Positions 36,544 through 48,887 of a DNA stretch of 64,000 nt are shown piece after piece. The position numbers were made by a program, and so were the translations under genes. The stretch covers positions 527,620,001 through 527,684,000 of the forward strand of contig JBNRSN020000001.1 of assembly GCA_051313645.2 (NCBI GenBank), read 5' to 3'. Source of the DNA: Centroscyllium fabricii (lineage: Eukaryota). Each line of letters opens with the position of its first letter. The stretch's first letter is position 1. Below the pieces are notes generated by a model. That model was not told the DNA's origin, made no database searches, and saw only the letters and a program-made list of their open reading frames with translations.

Positions 36544-36606
36544 CACTTGCTTCATCTAGGGTCTGGAAGAAGGGACACTGTCCTCATTTGTTGTCTTTAT
36601 AACCAT
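36544..36606 (-). CDS. Candidate host exon carrying the stop codon (MVIKTTNEDSVPSSRP*)
   Basis: ttttcag acceptor and GTAAGT donor; phase matches exon 37278-37422. Confidence 0.35.
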
Positions 36607-37277
36607 CTGAAAATGACATAAGAGCAGAGAGTCATTTTAATAACCATGCTTGTAAAAGCATGACGTGAATTAATACATGTATTTTGTGATTCGTGAGTTT
36701 ATCATTTTCTACTGAGAGCCGAACGCGCTGAAGTTCTTAATTCAGCAATAAACACACTAACGCTAACTTCTACTAATGTGATTAATGGTGGACCAATATC
36801 TGATGCTGTTACCAAAGAAGCAGCGGTGGCCAGATTGTATAAAACTAGAAGAATCATTTTACTCAATCTAGATAACTTATCTATGTAAGCTTTGTGTTAT
36901 TTGTTCATTTATTGCCATATAAAATCTAAGGAAGAATAAAGCACATCAGAAATGCAGCACTAAATAGCTGACGCACTTGCCTAAAGTGAATTATATTGTT
37001 TAATTTCAAGCTTGTTAATCCAGTCCGTGTGCTGAATCAGTCTTTGTGTATGAATACTGAAGTGCAACTTTTTTCATTCAGAACTAATTTCATGAGGTAT
37101 TGAGAGTACATTTTAAACAGGTTAATGTGTATCATTGAGGTCTATAAACTGATTCAAATCAATAGCAGGTTTCACAGAATAGGGAGTTCTTTTTTGCATG
37201 TCTGTATTTTATTTGCTGAATGTCTACTGAAATCTAAATAAACTGCCATCTCGTTTTTAAAAATGACTAAAGCTTAC

Positions 37278-37422
37278 CAAGTCTGTGCACCTGAAAGACC
37301 TACCCTTGGACTTCGCTGACCTCCTGAAATGAAATCCAAACAGTTTTCTGAATTTCTCCTGTCCCCTTGGTGCCTGGAATGTAAACCACGGTCTTTCAGC
37401 CAATTCTTCTAATTTCCTTAAC
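37278..37422 (-). CDS. Candidate host exon (LRKLEELAERPWFTFQAPRGQEKFRKLFGFHFRR...)
   Basis: ctatag acceptor, GTAAGC donor, open frame in unique sequence. Confidence 0.45.
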
Positions 37423-37447
37423 CTATAGCACAACTAGAGCCACAGTT

Positions 37448-38390
37448 ACAAAATAACAAAGCAAACGCTGGACACACGCAGCCGGTCAGGCAGCAGCCGT
37501 GGAGAGAGAAACAGAGTTATTGGCCCAGAAATGCGGGTCTCCAGGAGTGAGTACGCACGGCGTGCTCACCCATAGACCCAACGAAAGTGCCGGTTTCCTG
37601 CAAGCTCTGCGCATGCACGGGAATCCGGCACTTCCGTTCCCCTGAACAAAGGGGTTAAGAGGTAGAGCGCATGCACGGGAGCAGCAACGCATGCGCATTG
37701 CACTTACGCTTTTTTTACAGGTTTTTACGTGCGGGTAAGTCTCCAGATTTTAAGGCCCGCTTTTAACAAGGTAAGTGGTGAATTAATTAAAATTAAAACA
37801 TTTTTTTCACAGGTTTATTATTTTTAAATACTTTAAAGAAAGGTAAGTTTATTTTTAGCCCCATTAGAAAATATAATTAATTAAATAAATAAAAAATTAT
37901 TGTTTAAACTAGTTATTTCATGTAATTTATAGTTATTGTTAAAATGTGATTTAAAAAAAAATTATTTGAAGTTTTAGTGATGTTTTGGGGCTTATAGTAT
38001 TCATAGTTTTGACAGCTCTTCCTGTCAAACTTATGAATGAAGCATTCTCTGCTCTCATTGGCTCTCCGTGGTCCATGTGATCCCAGAGGCCGCATCGAAC
38101 TGACGGCGCCTCTGGGACACGCAAGCCCTGCGCGCTGGCAGTTGGAGGAGGCCCAGGAACGGAATTCCACTCACGCCCGCAGCTCAATGGTCGGCTCGCA
38201 AGGTAAGTGCAGGTTGGAGGCTCACACCCGCGGGAAGCCTCCGACCCGAATTTCTGGGCCAATGTTTTGGGTCGACCCCAAATGTTAACTCTGTTTCTCT
38301 CTCCACAGATGCTGTCTGTCCTTCTGAGTGTTTCCAGCATTTGCTGTTGTTATTTCAGATTTCCAGCATCCGCAGTATTTTGCTATTGTA
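37448..38390. repeat. Inverted pair of Penelope-like terminal repeats interrupted by a MITE
   Basis: GGAGAGAGAAACAGAGTTA / TAACTCTGTTTCTCTCTCC arms around GGGTCGACCC. Confidence 0.65.
37522..38260. mobile_element. Harbinger-type MITE (21242 family)
   Basis: TIRs; ATT/AAT flanks. Confidence 0.82.
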
Positions 38391-38402
38391 TTAGAGCTAC
38401 TA

Positions 38403-38737
38403 CGGGTTGAGCACCGTTAATCCGGCACCCTCGGGACCAGGCCAGCACCGGACAAGTGAAAACTCTGAACGATTGAAGCTTCGGCGAGCGCATGCGCATG
38501 CAAAGGCCGGCGGCTATTTTGAATGGCCTGCACATGCGCTCGCCGAAACATCAATCATTCAGAACCATTCAAAAGGGCCGCTGTGAAGGCCGGTGGCCAT
38601 TTTGAATGGTCTGCGCATGCGCTTGCCGAAGCATCAAGCGCGCCCATTTCGCGCATGCGCAGACCAGTCAGCCGGATTTGTTCCGGACGACTGAAGTTAG
38701 CGGATTACCGGTGTCCGGATTAACGGTGCAGGGCTTG
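38403..38737. mobile_element. Tigger/pogo-like MITE
   Basis: GCACCGTTAATCCGG / CCGGATTAACGGTGC inverted ends; TA flanks. Confidence 0.65.
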
Positions 38738-39355
38738 TATTAACTGGCCCAACTACTTGAATGTGAATGTTTTGCCAACCAAAACTAAACAGAGGCGTTT
38801 ATCCCTCTTTATGGGGTTACCTCTGCAACGTTCTGAGCCCAGGCAATTTGCAGCCAGTTCCTGCAACACCGTTTTTCATTCTGCTGCTTGTAAAACTTTT
38901 CGGAGCGCAAAGTTGGGAGGAAAATAACCTTCAGAAGATTTATTTGTTTGGTGAACTTTGTACCTGATAGCAAAAGGACAGCAAATCTTTGGCTTCAAGG
39001 AAAAGGGGGGACATATCACAGGGCTGAACCAATATGGGTAATTAGTTACTTTTCTTTCTAGGGTGATTTAGTGCTCTATTTATTTTATATAATTGGCCAG
39101 GAATAATGCTAGTTTTCAATTATACATTTTTTCACATTATTGTTAACGATATAACAGAGCTTACTCAAACCTGTACAGGTTTACCTGCAGTATGTCGTTA
39201 ACAGGAAGTTACGGAGCATATGCTCAGTACCACACCATTACTTCAAAGACAGTTGTAACCTCACCCACAAACTTAATGGGTGGAGGTGCTTAGGCTGAAG
39301 GTGAAACAGAATTCACCAGGAACTGAGAAAAGTAACAACAAAAAATAGACAACTC

Positions 39356-40248
39356 GGGGCCAATTTTCCTGAAGGTATGGAAAATGGGTGGGATCCCCAC
39401 TGATCACTCTATCTTCCCAGTTTCTGAAGGGTGTGGAAGCCCCACGCAATTTTGGCTTAATTGGCTAATTAAGTCCCCGAGTGTGGGAAGACCCTGGCAA
39501 TTAATGGATTTTACATAGAAAGTGGGCGGGCTTTACACTGTGTCAGCAGCAGAGCCTATGATAGGCAGCTGTAGTGATAGGCTTGGTGTTTCTCTTTCTG
39601 TGGTTTCAGGGCATTATGATGTCATAATGCAATGTCAACAGATGAAATCACAAATCTAAGAGTGATAGCTTTAACTAGGCTGGCTCTGTTTGTTTGTGGT
39701 TTGTGAATGTACACAGAAAATGACCCACTGGATGATTGCCAGTGTAACTGCTTTGCTTCACAGACAAGTTCGCAGCACGTTGTCTGTGAGTCAGTGGGAT
39801 GCAGCTGGCAGGTAAGTGATTTAAAAGTCTTTGGCCACTGAGGTTTGGCACCCTTGGGAGACAGTTATACCTCCAACATGTTGGAGACCAGCAAGCCAAG
39901 CTGCAGCTGCTGTTTCCCATGCCTTGAATGTGGCAGTCACCAAGCTGACTGGGTGTCCGCCAGCTTTCAATGGCAGTGTTCCCACCAGGCGGGTTTTGGG
40001 TGGGAAGATGCTCAAAATAGCAAGGGGCCCTTAAAATGGCATTACCAATGCCAATTAAGGGCCCTTAATGAGCCTAACGAGTATCCCCAGTGATGCCAGG
40101 CGGGACTGAGGCGGGCCAATCAGACCCACTGGGTGAAATTGACAAGAGGGCGGGAAGGCAGCGGGAGGGGTCGCAGACCCCTATTTCAGCTATTTTTGTT
40201 GCAGACCTGCCCAAAAACCCGCCTCACGGCCGGAGGAAAATTGACCCC
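39356..40248. mobile_element. Harbinger-type MITE
   Basis: GGGGCCAATTTTCCT...AGGAAAATTGACCCC; reverse relative of 28050-28866. Confidence 0.75.
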
Positions 40249-40299
40249 GATGTCCAGTCTAAGAACAGATTGATGCCAATTATACCAACACACAGAAGC

Positions 40300-40600
40300 A
40301 GACGCATCTCAGGTTCAGTCTCTGCGATGTGCGGAACGAGCTATTCTCAGCTGGGACAGAAATGGGATCACTCTCTTGGACTCAGTGCTCCAGCTTCGAG
40401 AGGAGAAAAAAAATCAGCCAGGGCTCCTGCTCTTGATCATTTTCCCATCTGGAAAGTACACTTGTGTGGAGATCAGAAGAGAGCAGGATCGGGCTTAGCT
40501 ATCGATCCCCCCTGTGGTTGAATTGCTTACCAGCTCTCACTGTGAGGAAACAGACAGGTAAATTGGCCACTTGGGTAAGGTACTAGCTAGTGTTATTGGA
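40300..40600 (+). repeat. Old SINE-like interspersed repeat, unassigned
   Basis: B-box-like GGTTCAGTC followed by a body resembling old fish/shark SINEs; recognition is weak. Confidence 0.3.
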
Positions 40601-41144
40601 CCTGCAGCCCAACACAAATCAGCAATTTCAGGTGAGCAGAGGAGAAAACTGAACAAAAAATAAAGTAAAGGGGAAGTGGACATGTTACAGAGGGATTCCT
40701 CTTTGACTGGCATCAGTGCAATTTGTACATTGACTGTTTGACTCAACAAATGGACTACTCCATCGTGGAACCTTCAATTGTCATCATTTTAACAAAGACA
40801 TTTCCAAGTGAGGAAGGGTATTATGTGGTCATATATAGGGATAAATACTTTACATTCACAGTACTTAGTCATAGGATTACCTCTCCTAAAGAGCAAAATA
40901 TGACTGTTTGATTAGATAATGCATTGAAAGAAAGGAGATTATTAGCATGTTACCTTAGCTTTTGTTATGAACATCAACTGAAAATTATACCAGTTCTATT
41001 CCGTTACATCCCAACGGCAGATTCCTCACGTTCTCCTTTAGGCATGAAGGTCAAATCTACCCTTCAGTGAAGGTGAGATAGGTAAGGCCAGGTTTAACTG
41101 TACAGGATTGGACTACTGACAATTTCTCTTGCTTCCCCACACCT

Positions 41145-41798
41145 GTAGTGATCGCCTTACCTTGTTCCCCCACCTCGTGTGAGGTCCGGCGTGTTACCTG
41201 GTGGTCGGCTTTCCTCGGGCTCCTTCAGTGAGTGCTGCCTCGGCCGCTGGTCCTCCCGGTCCGATGCTGGATTGCAGGCCGCTGCCAACGCTTCTCCTGA
41301 TGTTGAAGAGCAGGCTGCTGCCAACGCTTCTCCCGATGTTGGCCTGTCGTCTGCTGCCAATGCTTCTCCCTCTGCTGGACTGCAGGCTGCTGCCAACGCT
41401 TCTGCTCGCTGCTGCTCTGCAGGCTGCTGCCAACGGAGGTCCCCGATGCCGGCTGCTTGCCTCTCTGGTTACTGCCAATGCTGCTCCCAATGCTGGAGTG
41501 CTGGCCGTCCTGTCTGCTGCCTACTCCCCTCCGTGGTACTGGAGTGCGGGGTGGGTCCTTAGTTCGATGTTGCCAATGCCGAATTCTGTCTTCTGTTGCT
41601 GTAGGTTCGACCGACCTCGTCGCCAGTGTTAAGTCCGTGACTATCAATTCTGTTTAAGTAAGACTCGACTCAAGATGCTGTGGATCAACAGTCTTTACTT
41701 CAGGTCAGCAGAAGGGTAACTGGGGTCAAGTGCTCCACCCAGTACCTTATATACAGTGGTGGTGGGACGTGGTATTACAGTATTTTACATACACAACA
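41145..41798 (-). mobile_element. Truncated Gypsy relative of element A: LTR, tRNA-Ser PBS and repeat leader
   Basis: LTR 41627-41798 (TGTTGTGTAT...GGACTTAACA); PBS TGGCGACGAGG 41615-41625; ~39-bp GCTGCCAACGCTTCT repeats. Confidence 0.78.
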
Positions 41799-42372
41799 GG
41801 TGCTGCTGGTGCTGCTGGTGTTGGGGCTGATCGTGGTCAGATTATGAGGACCAAGGTGAGAGCGTATAAAGGGCACCCATGTTGATGGAATAGATGGCAG
41901 TTGAAGCGGAGATGATAGGAGCATTCTGTCAATGGTGAGAGAGTTCTTCCAATGAGGAGAGATTGGATGGAGAGTGGAACATGGAAAGTCTGCAGAATCT
42001 GTGCTGGAAATGGACTGATAAATAGCTTACGGCTGAGGAAAGTGATGATTTGTCAGGTGGGAGCTTTTACTGTACATGTGAAGCTGTCAAGTGATTAACT
42101 GCAGCAATGGCCATCAACTCCCGCCTCAGGTTAAGGGACCTATTCCCCAACCAGCGCGGACCCCATGGGCGAGCAGTGAAAGTTAAAAGAAAAGGGTAAA
42201 AGCATTATTAAGGGTCTGTCAACAACCGAATAATTGGTTTAATGGGTCATCCACCTCTGCGGGTCGGGTCAGGTCGGATCAGAGATCACACCCAATCCGC
42301 TGTCAAAAAAATTAAAATTTCCCACCCAGCCCACCACCAATCCCACCCGCTGACCCCCAGGAAAATTGAGGC

Positions 42373-43245
42373 CTAAGACTCTCATTTCTGACTGAAGTAT
42401 TTCACTCTCAAACTCAATGCCAAATTCTATCATATTATGATCATTCTTCCCTAGAGGATCCTTTACTATGAGATTACTAATTAACCCGGTCTTATTACAC
42501 CATACAAGATCTAAAATAACCTGTTCCCTGGTTGGTTCCATGACATCTTGTTCTCGGAAATTGTCTCGAATGCATTCCATGAACTCATCCTCCAGACTAC
42601 CTTTGCCAATTTGATTTGCCCAGTCTATATGAAGATTAAAGCTCCCCATGATTATTGTATTACCTTTGTTACAAGCTCCTGTTATTTGTTGATTAATACT
42701 CTGTCCAATGGTATAGCTACTGTTTGGGGGCCTATAACCTGCTCCCACCAGTGTTTACTGTCCCTTGGTATTTCTCATCTCCATCCACACTGATTCTACT
42801 TCCTGATATTCTGAGTCAAGATCCTTTCTCACTACTGTCCTTATGTCAACCTTTATTATCAGCGCTACACCGCCCTTTTCCATTCTGCCTGTCTTTTCGA
42901 AACATCAAGTACCCTGGAATATTTAGTTCCCAACCTTGGTCACCTTGCAACCACATCTCTGTAATGGCTATTAGATCAAAGCCATTTATCTCTGTTTGTG
43001 CCAATAATTCGTCTATCTTGTTACGAATGTTTCATGCATTCAGATAAAGAGCCTTTAATTTTAACTTTTTACCATTATTCCCAGCTTTCACCTTATTCGT
43101 TGATTCACTTTTACCATTAAACTCTCTGTCCCTTCTTGTCACACTCTGTTTATTTTTACCCAAATCACTACATTGCTCCATTACCCTGACTTTTATCTTT
43201 AGATTTCTAAATGTCCCCTCACCTGACCCCCTTCCCCTTTTTAGT
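42373..43245 (-). mobile_element. CR1 LINE 5' part (endonuclease), decayed
   Basis: YRPPNS, IIMGSFN, EPTREQVILDLV, LGKNDHNMIEF. Confidence 0.8.
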
Positions 43246-43254
43246 TTGAAGTCT

Positions 43255-43518
43255 CAACTTGTTCTGCCACCTTCAAAGATTTGTGTATGTGCACCCCCTA
43301 ACATCTCTCTGTTCCTGCACCCCCTTTAAAATTGTACCATTTTATTTATATTGCCTTTATTCATTAATCCTTCCAAAATGCATCACTTCACACTGCTTTG
43401 CATTATATTTAATCTGCCATGTGTCTACCCATTTCACCAGTCTATGTCCTCCTGAAGCCTGTTGTTAGCCTCCTCTCAGTTTGCTACATTTGCAAGTTTT
43501 GTGTCATCTGCAAACATG
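43255..43518 (-). mobile_element. CR1 RT fragment
   Basis: FADDTKL motif on the minus strand. Confidence 0.6.
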
Positions 43519-44069
43519 TTTTTAATTATAATAATTGTAATGGTTGTGAACATGACAGAAAACAGTGTTAAACATTATAGAATGGAATATCTGCTGCATC
43601 GTGCAAAGAACAAGCTGAAAAACTCTCTAGATATTCGGCGGCCTGGAGGTATGAACCGTATTTAGGAAAACAGTTTGCAAAAACAATAATAGCAGTTGTC
43701 CTTTCCCCCTTGACTGCTCTGTCACATTTAAATGAGGGCAAAGGGACCAAGGATAGGGAAACCAGCCCATTTCCCAACTTCCTTCCCACTGCACCACCAA
43801 CCCCAAGAAAGACCAGGAGAGAAGTGGCAGTACTTGCTGGAGCCGTTACGGAAAGATCCCTGACAGAATCAGGGAAAAGAGCAGATTATGCCCACATTCC
43901 TCACTGGTCTGCCCCTCCTTCCCCCCTCACGGCAGGATCTTAGATGTGGGCTACTTAAGAACCGTTTCACAAAATTTCAGTATAGTCTTCAGGGGCTTCG
44001 ATCCCCTGTAAATCGCCCTCCTCCTAAGTTGGGGAGCTGCAGCAAGTTCCCCCACTGCATTTCCCCAGC

Positions 44070-44380
44070 TAGCAGTGGCAGGCTCCCTCCTTCCTGGGAC
44101 TAGGGACAGGGTCACCGGCAAGACTTGGAAGCTGCAGGGCCAGGCCTGGTTAGTACTTGGATGGGTGACCACCAGGGAATACCAGGTGCGGAAGGTCACA
44201 AAAGGAGCCCCGGGGAGGGGCGGTTGGCTGAAGATTGTCGGAATGATGGAAAGATGGAATGGCGGCGCGCACAGACGCAGCGGCTTTGCTGGATTCTTGG
44301 GAGCTTGCAAGATCACATTTCGTTGTTCATGTACTTGTACATTGTATAATGACAATAAAGTTGAATTATTATTATTATTA
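44070..44380 (+). mobile_element. Candidate 5S rRNA-derived SINE with Rex1-like tail
   Basis: 44128-44189 matches the 3' half of 5S rRNA (GGCCTGGTTAGTACTTGGATGGG..GGGAATACC.GGTGC); ends AATGACAATAAAGTTGAA(TTA)n; 5' boundary uncertain. Confidence 0.6.
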
Positions 44381-44784
44381 GTGCAGAGATACTGCCAGGA
44401 GCGTTTAATAAGGCCCAAACCAGGAAAATGGGTCAGGGCAGTGGGCGGAAGTCCAACCCCCAACCCACTACCAGTGGTTGAACCGCTCCAGAGGAAAATC
44501 CAGCATTCTTCTGGTACAATAGCAAAATACTGCGGATGCTGGAAATCCAAAACAACAACAGAAAACGCTGGAAAAACTCAGCAGGCCAGGCAGCATCGGT
44601 GGAGAGAAATATAGAGTTAACGTTTCAGGTCGATGACCTTTCTTCAGAACTGGAGAAACCAGGGGAGGGGTTAGATTTTAAAGCGGGTAGGGGCTGGGGA
44701 AAGAGGGGAGGGGCTGAAAGAACAAAGGCAAGGTTAGCGACAGGATAGAAGGCGGAGGAGGTTAAATGACATTCATGTCTTAAT

Positions 44785-45622
44785 GGGCCAGAAATTCGGG
44801 TGCCTCGCAGCAGTTGCCCATGCACGGAGGGGGGCCAATATGCCCCATGCGATGAACACACGGGGCATGCCCACGGATCGGAGCTTTCCGATGCTGAGGG
44901 AGAAGGGCCCTCAGCATCAAATGCAGGAGTGAGTTGCACCCAAAAATTCGGATGGAAAAGGGTGATAATTGCTGCGTTATTCTGTGGGCAACTGGTCCAC
45001 AAGCTGCACGGGAGAAAAGCAGTAGTAACTCATGTGTGAGGGAGAGCAGTGCGTTCCTAAACCAGGTAAGTTACTTTTTTACCTTTAATTTTAAGTTTTT
45101 ACAGTTTTTGGGAGTAATGTGGCCACATTGGTATCATTAAATTGGATGTTAGACTTTTAAAAAAAAATTACAAATCTGATTTTCAATTGATATACCTATT
45201 CCAAATCGCTAATTTTTAAATTTGAAGTTCTGAAATTTTTAACTATTTAGTTAAGTTAAAAAACTAAGAGAAAAAATGGCTGAGACTTACCTTCGGTGAA
45301 AAGCTGCTCTGGCCGTGCTGCTCACTGCCGAGTCTGTGGGTGCAGCGCCTCACGTCCCTGCTCTCTAAAAGGTCTGACTCTGAAACAGGGGGCGTTTTTT
45401 AATTTAAATTAGGGATCTGTGGGTGGGGCATCACTGCTGCACACGCACGACGGCAGCACATATACTGCGCTCCTAGCGTGGCTGGACTGCCACGCAGCGC
45501 AGGAACGGGGCGGAGCCAACCCGAAGGTCTGGGAGTAAAAAATGTGCGATGTTGGTGCGGTGCGATAGGTGTCAGCAGGGTCCTTGCTCCCGCACCTACC
45601 GGCACAGCCTAATTTCTGGGCC
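44785..45622. mobile_element. Harbinger-type MITE
   Basis: GGGCCAGAAATT...AATTTCTGGGCC; AAT TSD. Confidence 0.8.
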
Positions 45623-45752
45623 AATGTCTCTCAATATCTCTTAATCTCCCCCGCCTTCTATCCTGTCGCTGACCCTCCCTTTGTTCTTTCAGCCCCTCCC
45701 CCTTTCCCCAGCCCCTACCAGCTTTAAAATCTATCCCCTCCCCTGATTTCTT

Positions 45753-45793
45753 CAGTTCTGAAGAAAGGTCATCGACCTGAAACGTTAACTCTG
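45753..45793 (+). ncRNA. Minimal type I hammerhead ribozyme motif
   Basis: CUGAAGA box, stem II AGGUC/GACCU, GAAA, palindromic AACGUU stem III. Confidence 0.68.
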
Positions 45794-46130
45794 TTTCTCT
45801 CTCCACCGATGCTGCCTGGCCTGCTGAGTTTCTCCAGCGTTTTCTGTTGTTATTTCTTCAGGTACATTTCAGCTTCTTCCTCAAATACTTGGGCTTAGAA
45901 ATTCATTGGTGCCACGTTTGTTTTGCAAGCGTAAAACTGGCACCTAAGCATCCATATTGGTAAAGGCTGAAGTGTAGGCACCCAGGCCCCGCGCCTGAAG
46001 CAGTCTGAAAGTCCGGGCCTGCGACATTTCGAATAACCAAGTATATGTTTGGCCTAACCAGTGCTCCATAAAGGGAGGCCATCATCAAAAAGGTCCGTTT
46101 TAAAGAAAATAAATATTTCAAAATACTTAC

Positions 46131-46213
46131 CTGACTGTGGAGCCGGGAGAAGCAGGAGAAATTTGTCAGCGATGAGCGGGACATAAAAATGTGAAGATAG
46201 CTTAAATCTAATG
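46131..46213 (-). CDS. Candidate host exon
   Basis: atattttag acceptor, CAG/GTAAGTAT donor; phase 1 start fits exon 47515-48034. Confidence 0.45.
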
Positions 46214-46311
46214 CTAAAATATAACATTAGAAGTGGCCATTATAAATGAGTCAGTCATTTTGATATGTACAGAATAAATAAAGTCCCAATTATAGTGGTA
46301 AGAATTGGTTC

Positions 46312-46716
46312 TAGAAACATAGAAACATAGAAACTAGGAGCAGGAGTAGGCCATTCGGCCCTTCGAGCCTGCTCCGCCATTCAATGAGATCATGGCTGAT
46401 CATCCAAACCCAGTACCCCACCCCTGCCCTCTCCCCATATCCCTCGATCCCTATCAAGCCTGCACCGACACATATCCCACCCTATCCCCGTAACCCCACA
46501 ATATTCAATCCCCCTAACACTAAGGGTCAATTTATCCTGGCCAATCAATCTAACCCGCACATCTTTGGACTGTGGGAGGAAACCGGAGCACCCGGAGGAA
46601 ACCCACGCAGACACGGGGAGAATGTGCAACCTCCACACAGATAGTACCCGAGGCTGGATTTGAACCCGGGTCTCGAGTGCTGTGAGACAGCAGTGCTAAC
46701 CACTGAGCCACCGTGC
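46312..46716 (-). mobile_element. V-SINE (HE1-like)
   Basis: Head, V domain and CR1-type tail. Confidence 0.87.
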
Positions 46717-47375
46717 ACTGTTTATAATGTTTGCGGCCGTTATTTTCTAACTGTTTACTAAATATTCCGTCTCATAACTTAGGAACAATAGAGTAAAACC
46801 CACCTCCTTCGACATTCCAATTCCTGGTCTCATTCAAGGTTTGAGCTCTTCGTTGAAGCGTACCACAACCACATCGCTGTTTGTTCTTCAATTTTACATT
46901 ACTAAACTATTCCTCTCTCAGGCTATGCCCAGGATGAAGCGACTATTAAGTAACAAACCTGCCAAATTGTATTCTTTTATTCCCATCGATATGTTGGGTT
47001 ACACAATATTGCTGCATTACTTGGGGTTTCGCTTTTTTGAGGCTTATCACAATTTGTTTGACTGAACTTTATAAACATTTTTTTAAGAAGCACCAACGAT
47101 ACATTCTTAATGAACGCTCCACCACAATTAACTTTGCTTTGTTTGTTTTTTGTTTTTCATACAGCATGTGCAACATTTGACCTCTTGTAACCCCACCTCA
47201 TTGTTCTTTGATGGAATGTTTTCCTGACTGACTTGTTTGGACACCATTTACACCCATGATTGTGGTGATTATCTCTCTGCTGAGGTGTGACAAAAGGGCA
47301 GTTAGAAAACTTACTTGTAATCATCTAGTATTGTTTTCTGACTATATATGCTGTGCCTATGTGCATCTCTTCACT

Positions 47376-47503
47376 TCACCTGACAAAGGAGCAGCGCTCC
47401 GAAAGCTTGTGATTTCAAATAAAACTGTTGGACTATAACCTGGTGTTGTGTGACTTCTTACATTTGTCCACCCCAGTCCAACACCGGCACCTCCACATCA
47501 TGA
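47376..47503 (+). repeat. Penelope-like repeat with a mutated hammerhead core
   Basis: TCAC-CTGACAA-AGGAGCagcGCTCC-GAAA-GCTT-GTGA. Confidence 0.65.
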
Positions 47504-47514
47504 CAAAAATTAAC

Positions 47515-48034
47515 CATTGCCTATATAGTGCAATTGCAGCTCATTAAGTTCCTTTTCCTTGCTAACCTTTTCCAACTCGGAGACTTCATCAACGTGCTCT
47601 TGTCTCTCTGCCGGCTCGTGCCATGTTTGAGATTCATGTGACACCGGGTCTCTCTCAGCAGATTGTAAGCTCTTTTGTTCAGATGCCACACCTGCAATGT
47701 AGTCATCATGGGCTGGGCGAGAGCCTTCTTTCCTTGGATCCTCCTGTTCGCTGTGAGGTCCATCTGTTGCTGAAGGTAGGGCATTTGAATTTCCTAGTAT
47801 TCTAGTATCACGATCAACATTATTGGACAGGCTATCCTCTTTAGTTTTACTGTATTCTTGTACATGTTCAACTAATCCATCCTCATCTCCTGTCCACCCA
47901 TTTGGGTCATTCCACTGCTCTCCTCCATTCCCGTAACCATCCACTCCATGATGCAGATCTTCTTTATGGTTAGTTGTAGATGTAACATTGTCATAAGGTG
48001 GTATTTCTTCCTCATAAACAATTTCAGCAGAGAT
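47515..48034 (-). CDS. Candidate large acidic, probably disordered host exon (173 codons), gene unidentified
   Basis: ttttattttacag acceptor, GTTAAT donor, long open E/D-rich frame in non-repetitive DNA. Confidence 0.6.
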
Positions 48035-48208
48035 CTGTAAAATAAAACACATTTGTTTTTGCTCGGCTAGAAACTGCATTTCCATTGTCTCCAAGATCCT
48101 TACAGTATTCTAATTGAGTAGGTGTTCAATAACCTCCAGGATGGGCACCAAGTGCTCTGTCATTGAACCTACTGGGTTGCAACTGCGCAGGAAACAAGAA
48201 AAAGCTTA

Positions 48209-48887
48209 GGGGGGAAAATTGGGTTCCTTTGCGCCTCCCATTAGCCCCCCCCCGAGGAATTCAGCAGGAGGTTAGCGGTAGCGCTAGCCGGTAGCGCCCC
48301 GCAGTGCTGCACCTCTGGCCATGACGCCATCACAGTGCGCGGCGCCCCGCTCGCACCCCGGCCGCAAACTTGGCTGACGCCCACTGACCTGCTGCCGGAC
48401 GCTATGTCCGACAGGGTCAGGGTGCCGTGTTTGCAGCCAGTGCGGCGCAAATTAAAGGGCAGGTGCCGGGCGGCCATTTTTTTGAGGCCGCCGGCCAGCA
48501 CCTGCCCCCTCAGGCCTCCTCCTGTGGGGTGCGGGCCGCGATCAGTCAGCCTGGCGCTCCTCTTGCGGAATTATCCCTGCTGTGCTGAACTCCCCTTGAG
48601 TGTCGGGCTCTTTTGCCAGCCTCCCGCTCCCTGGTGGTCCAGCAGGGCCCCGGTGCGGCCCCTCCCCTTTAATCAGGAGAAGGAGGCCTGCAGTATCACA
48701 GCGCTACATGTCGACACGCGTGGTACTGCTGCACGTAGTGCCGCGATATTCAATGGGAGCGCCCCAAGTGGGAGGAGGAGTGCTTCCAGTAGCGCCGCAC
48801 TTCCTGCTTGGGGCGTGACCATTCAACTTCGGGCACGTGGGCACTAACTTTTCCGGGACGCTAAAAGCGCGACCCAATTTTTCCCCC
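48209..48887. mobile_element. Harbinger-type MITE
   Basis: GGGGGGAAAATTGGG...CCCAATTTTTCCCCC; TTA TSD. Confidence 0.82.

Larger units (their letters stand above)
44519..45856. repeat. ~250-bp inverted pair of Penelope-like repeats with hammerhead motifs, MITE at centre
   Basis: Arms 44519-44770 and 45630-45856 are reverse complements; CTGAAGA-AGGTC-ATC-GACCT-GAAACGTTA in each. Confidence 0.75.

Noticed and set aside
39184-39322. Exon-like segments with good splice signals (also 26272-26358)
   Set aside because: Stops in all three frames; cannot be supported as coding
44128-44189. 5S rRNA gene
   Set aside because: Only the diverged 3' half is present, with no oligo-T terminator; treated as part of a SINE or pseudogene
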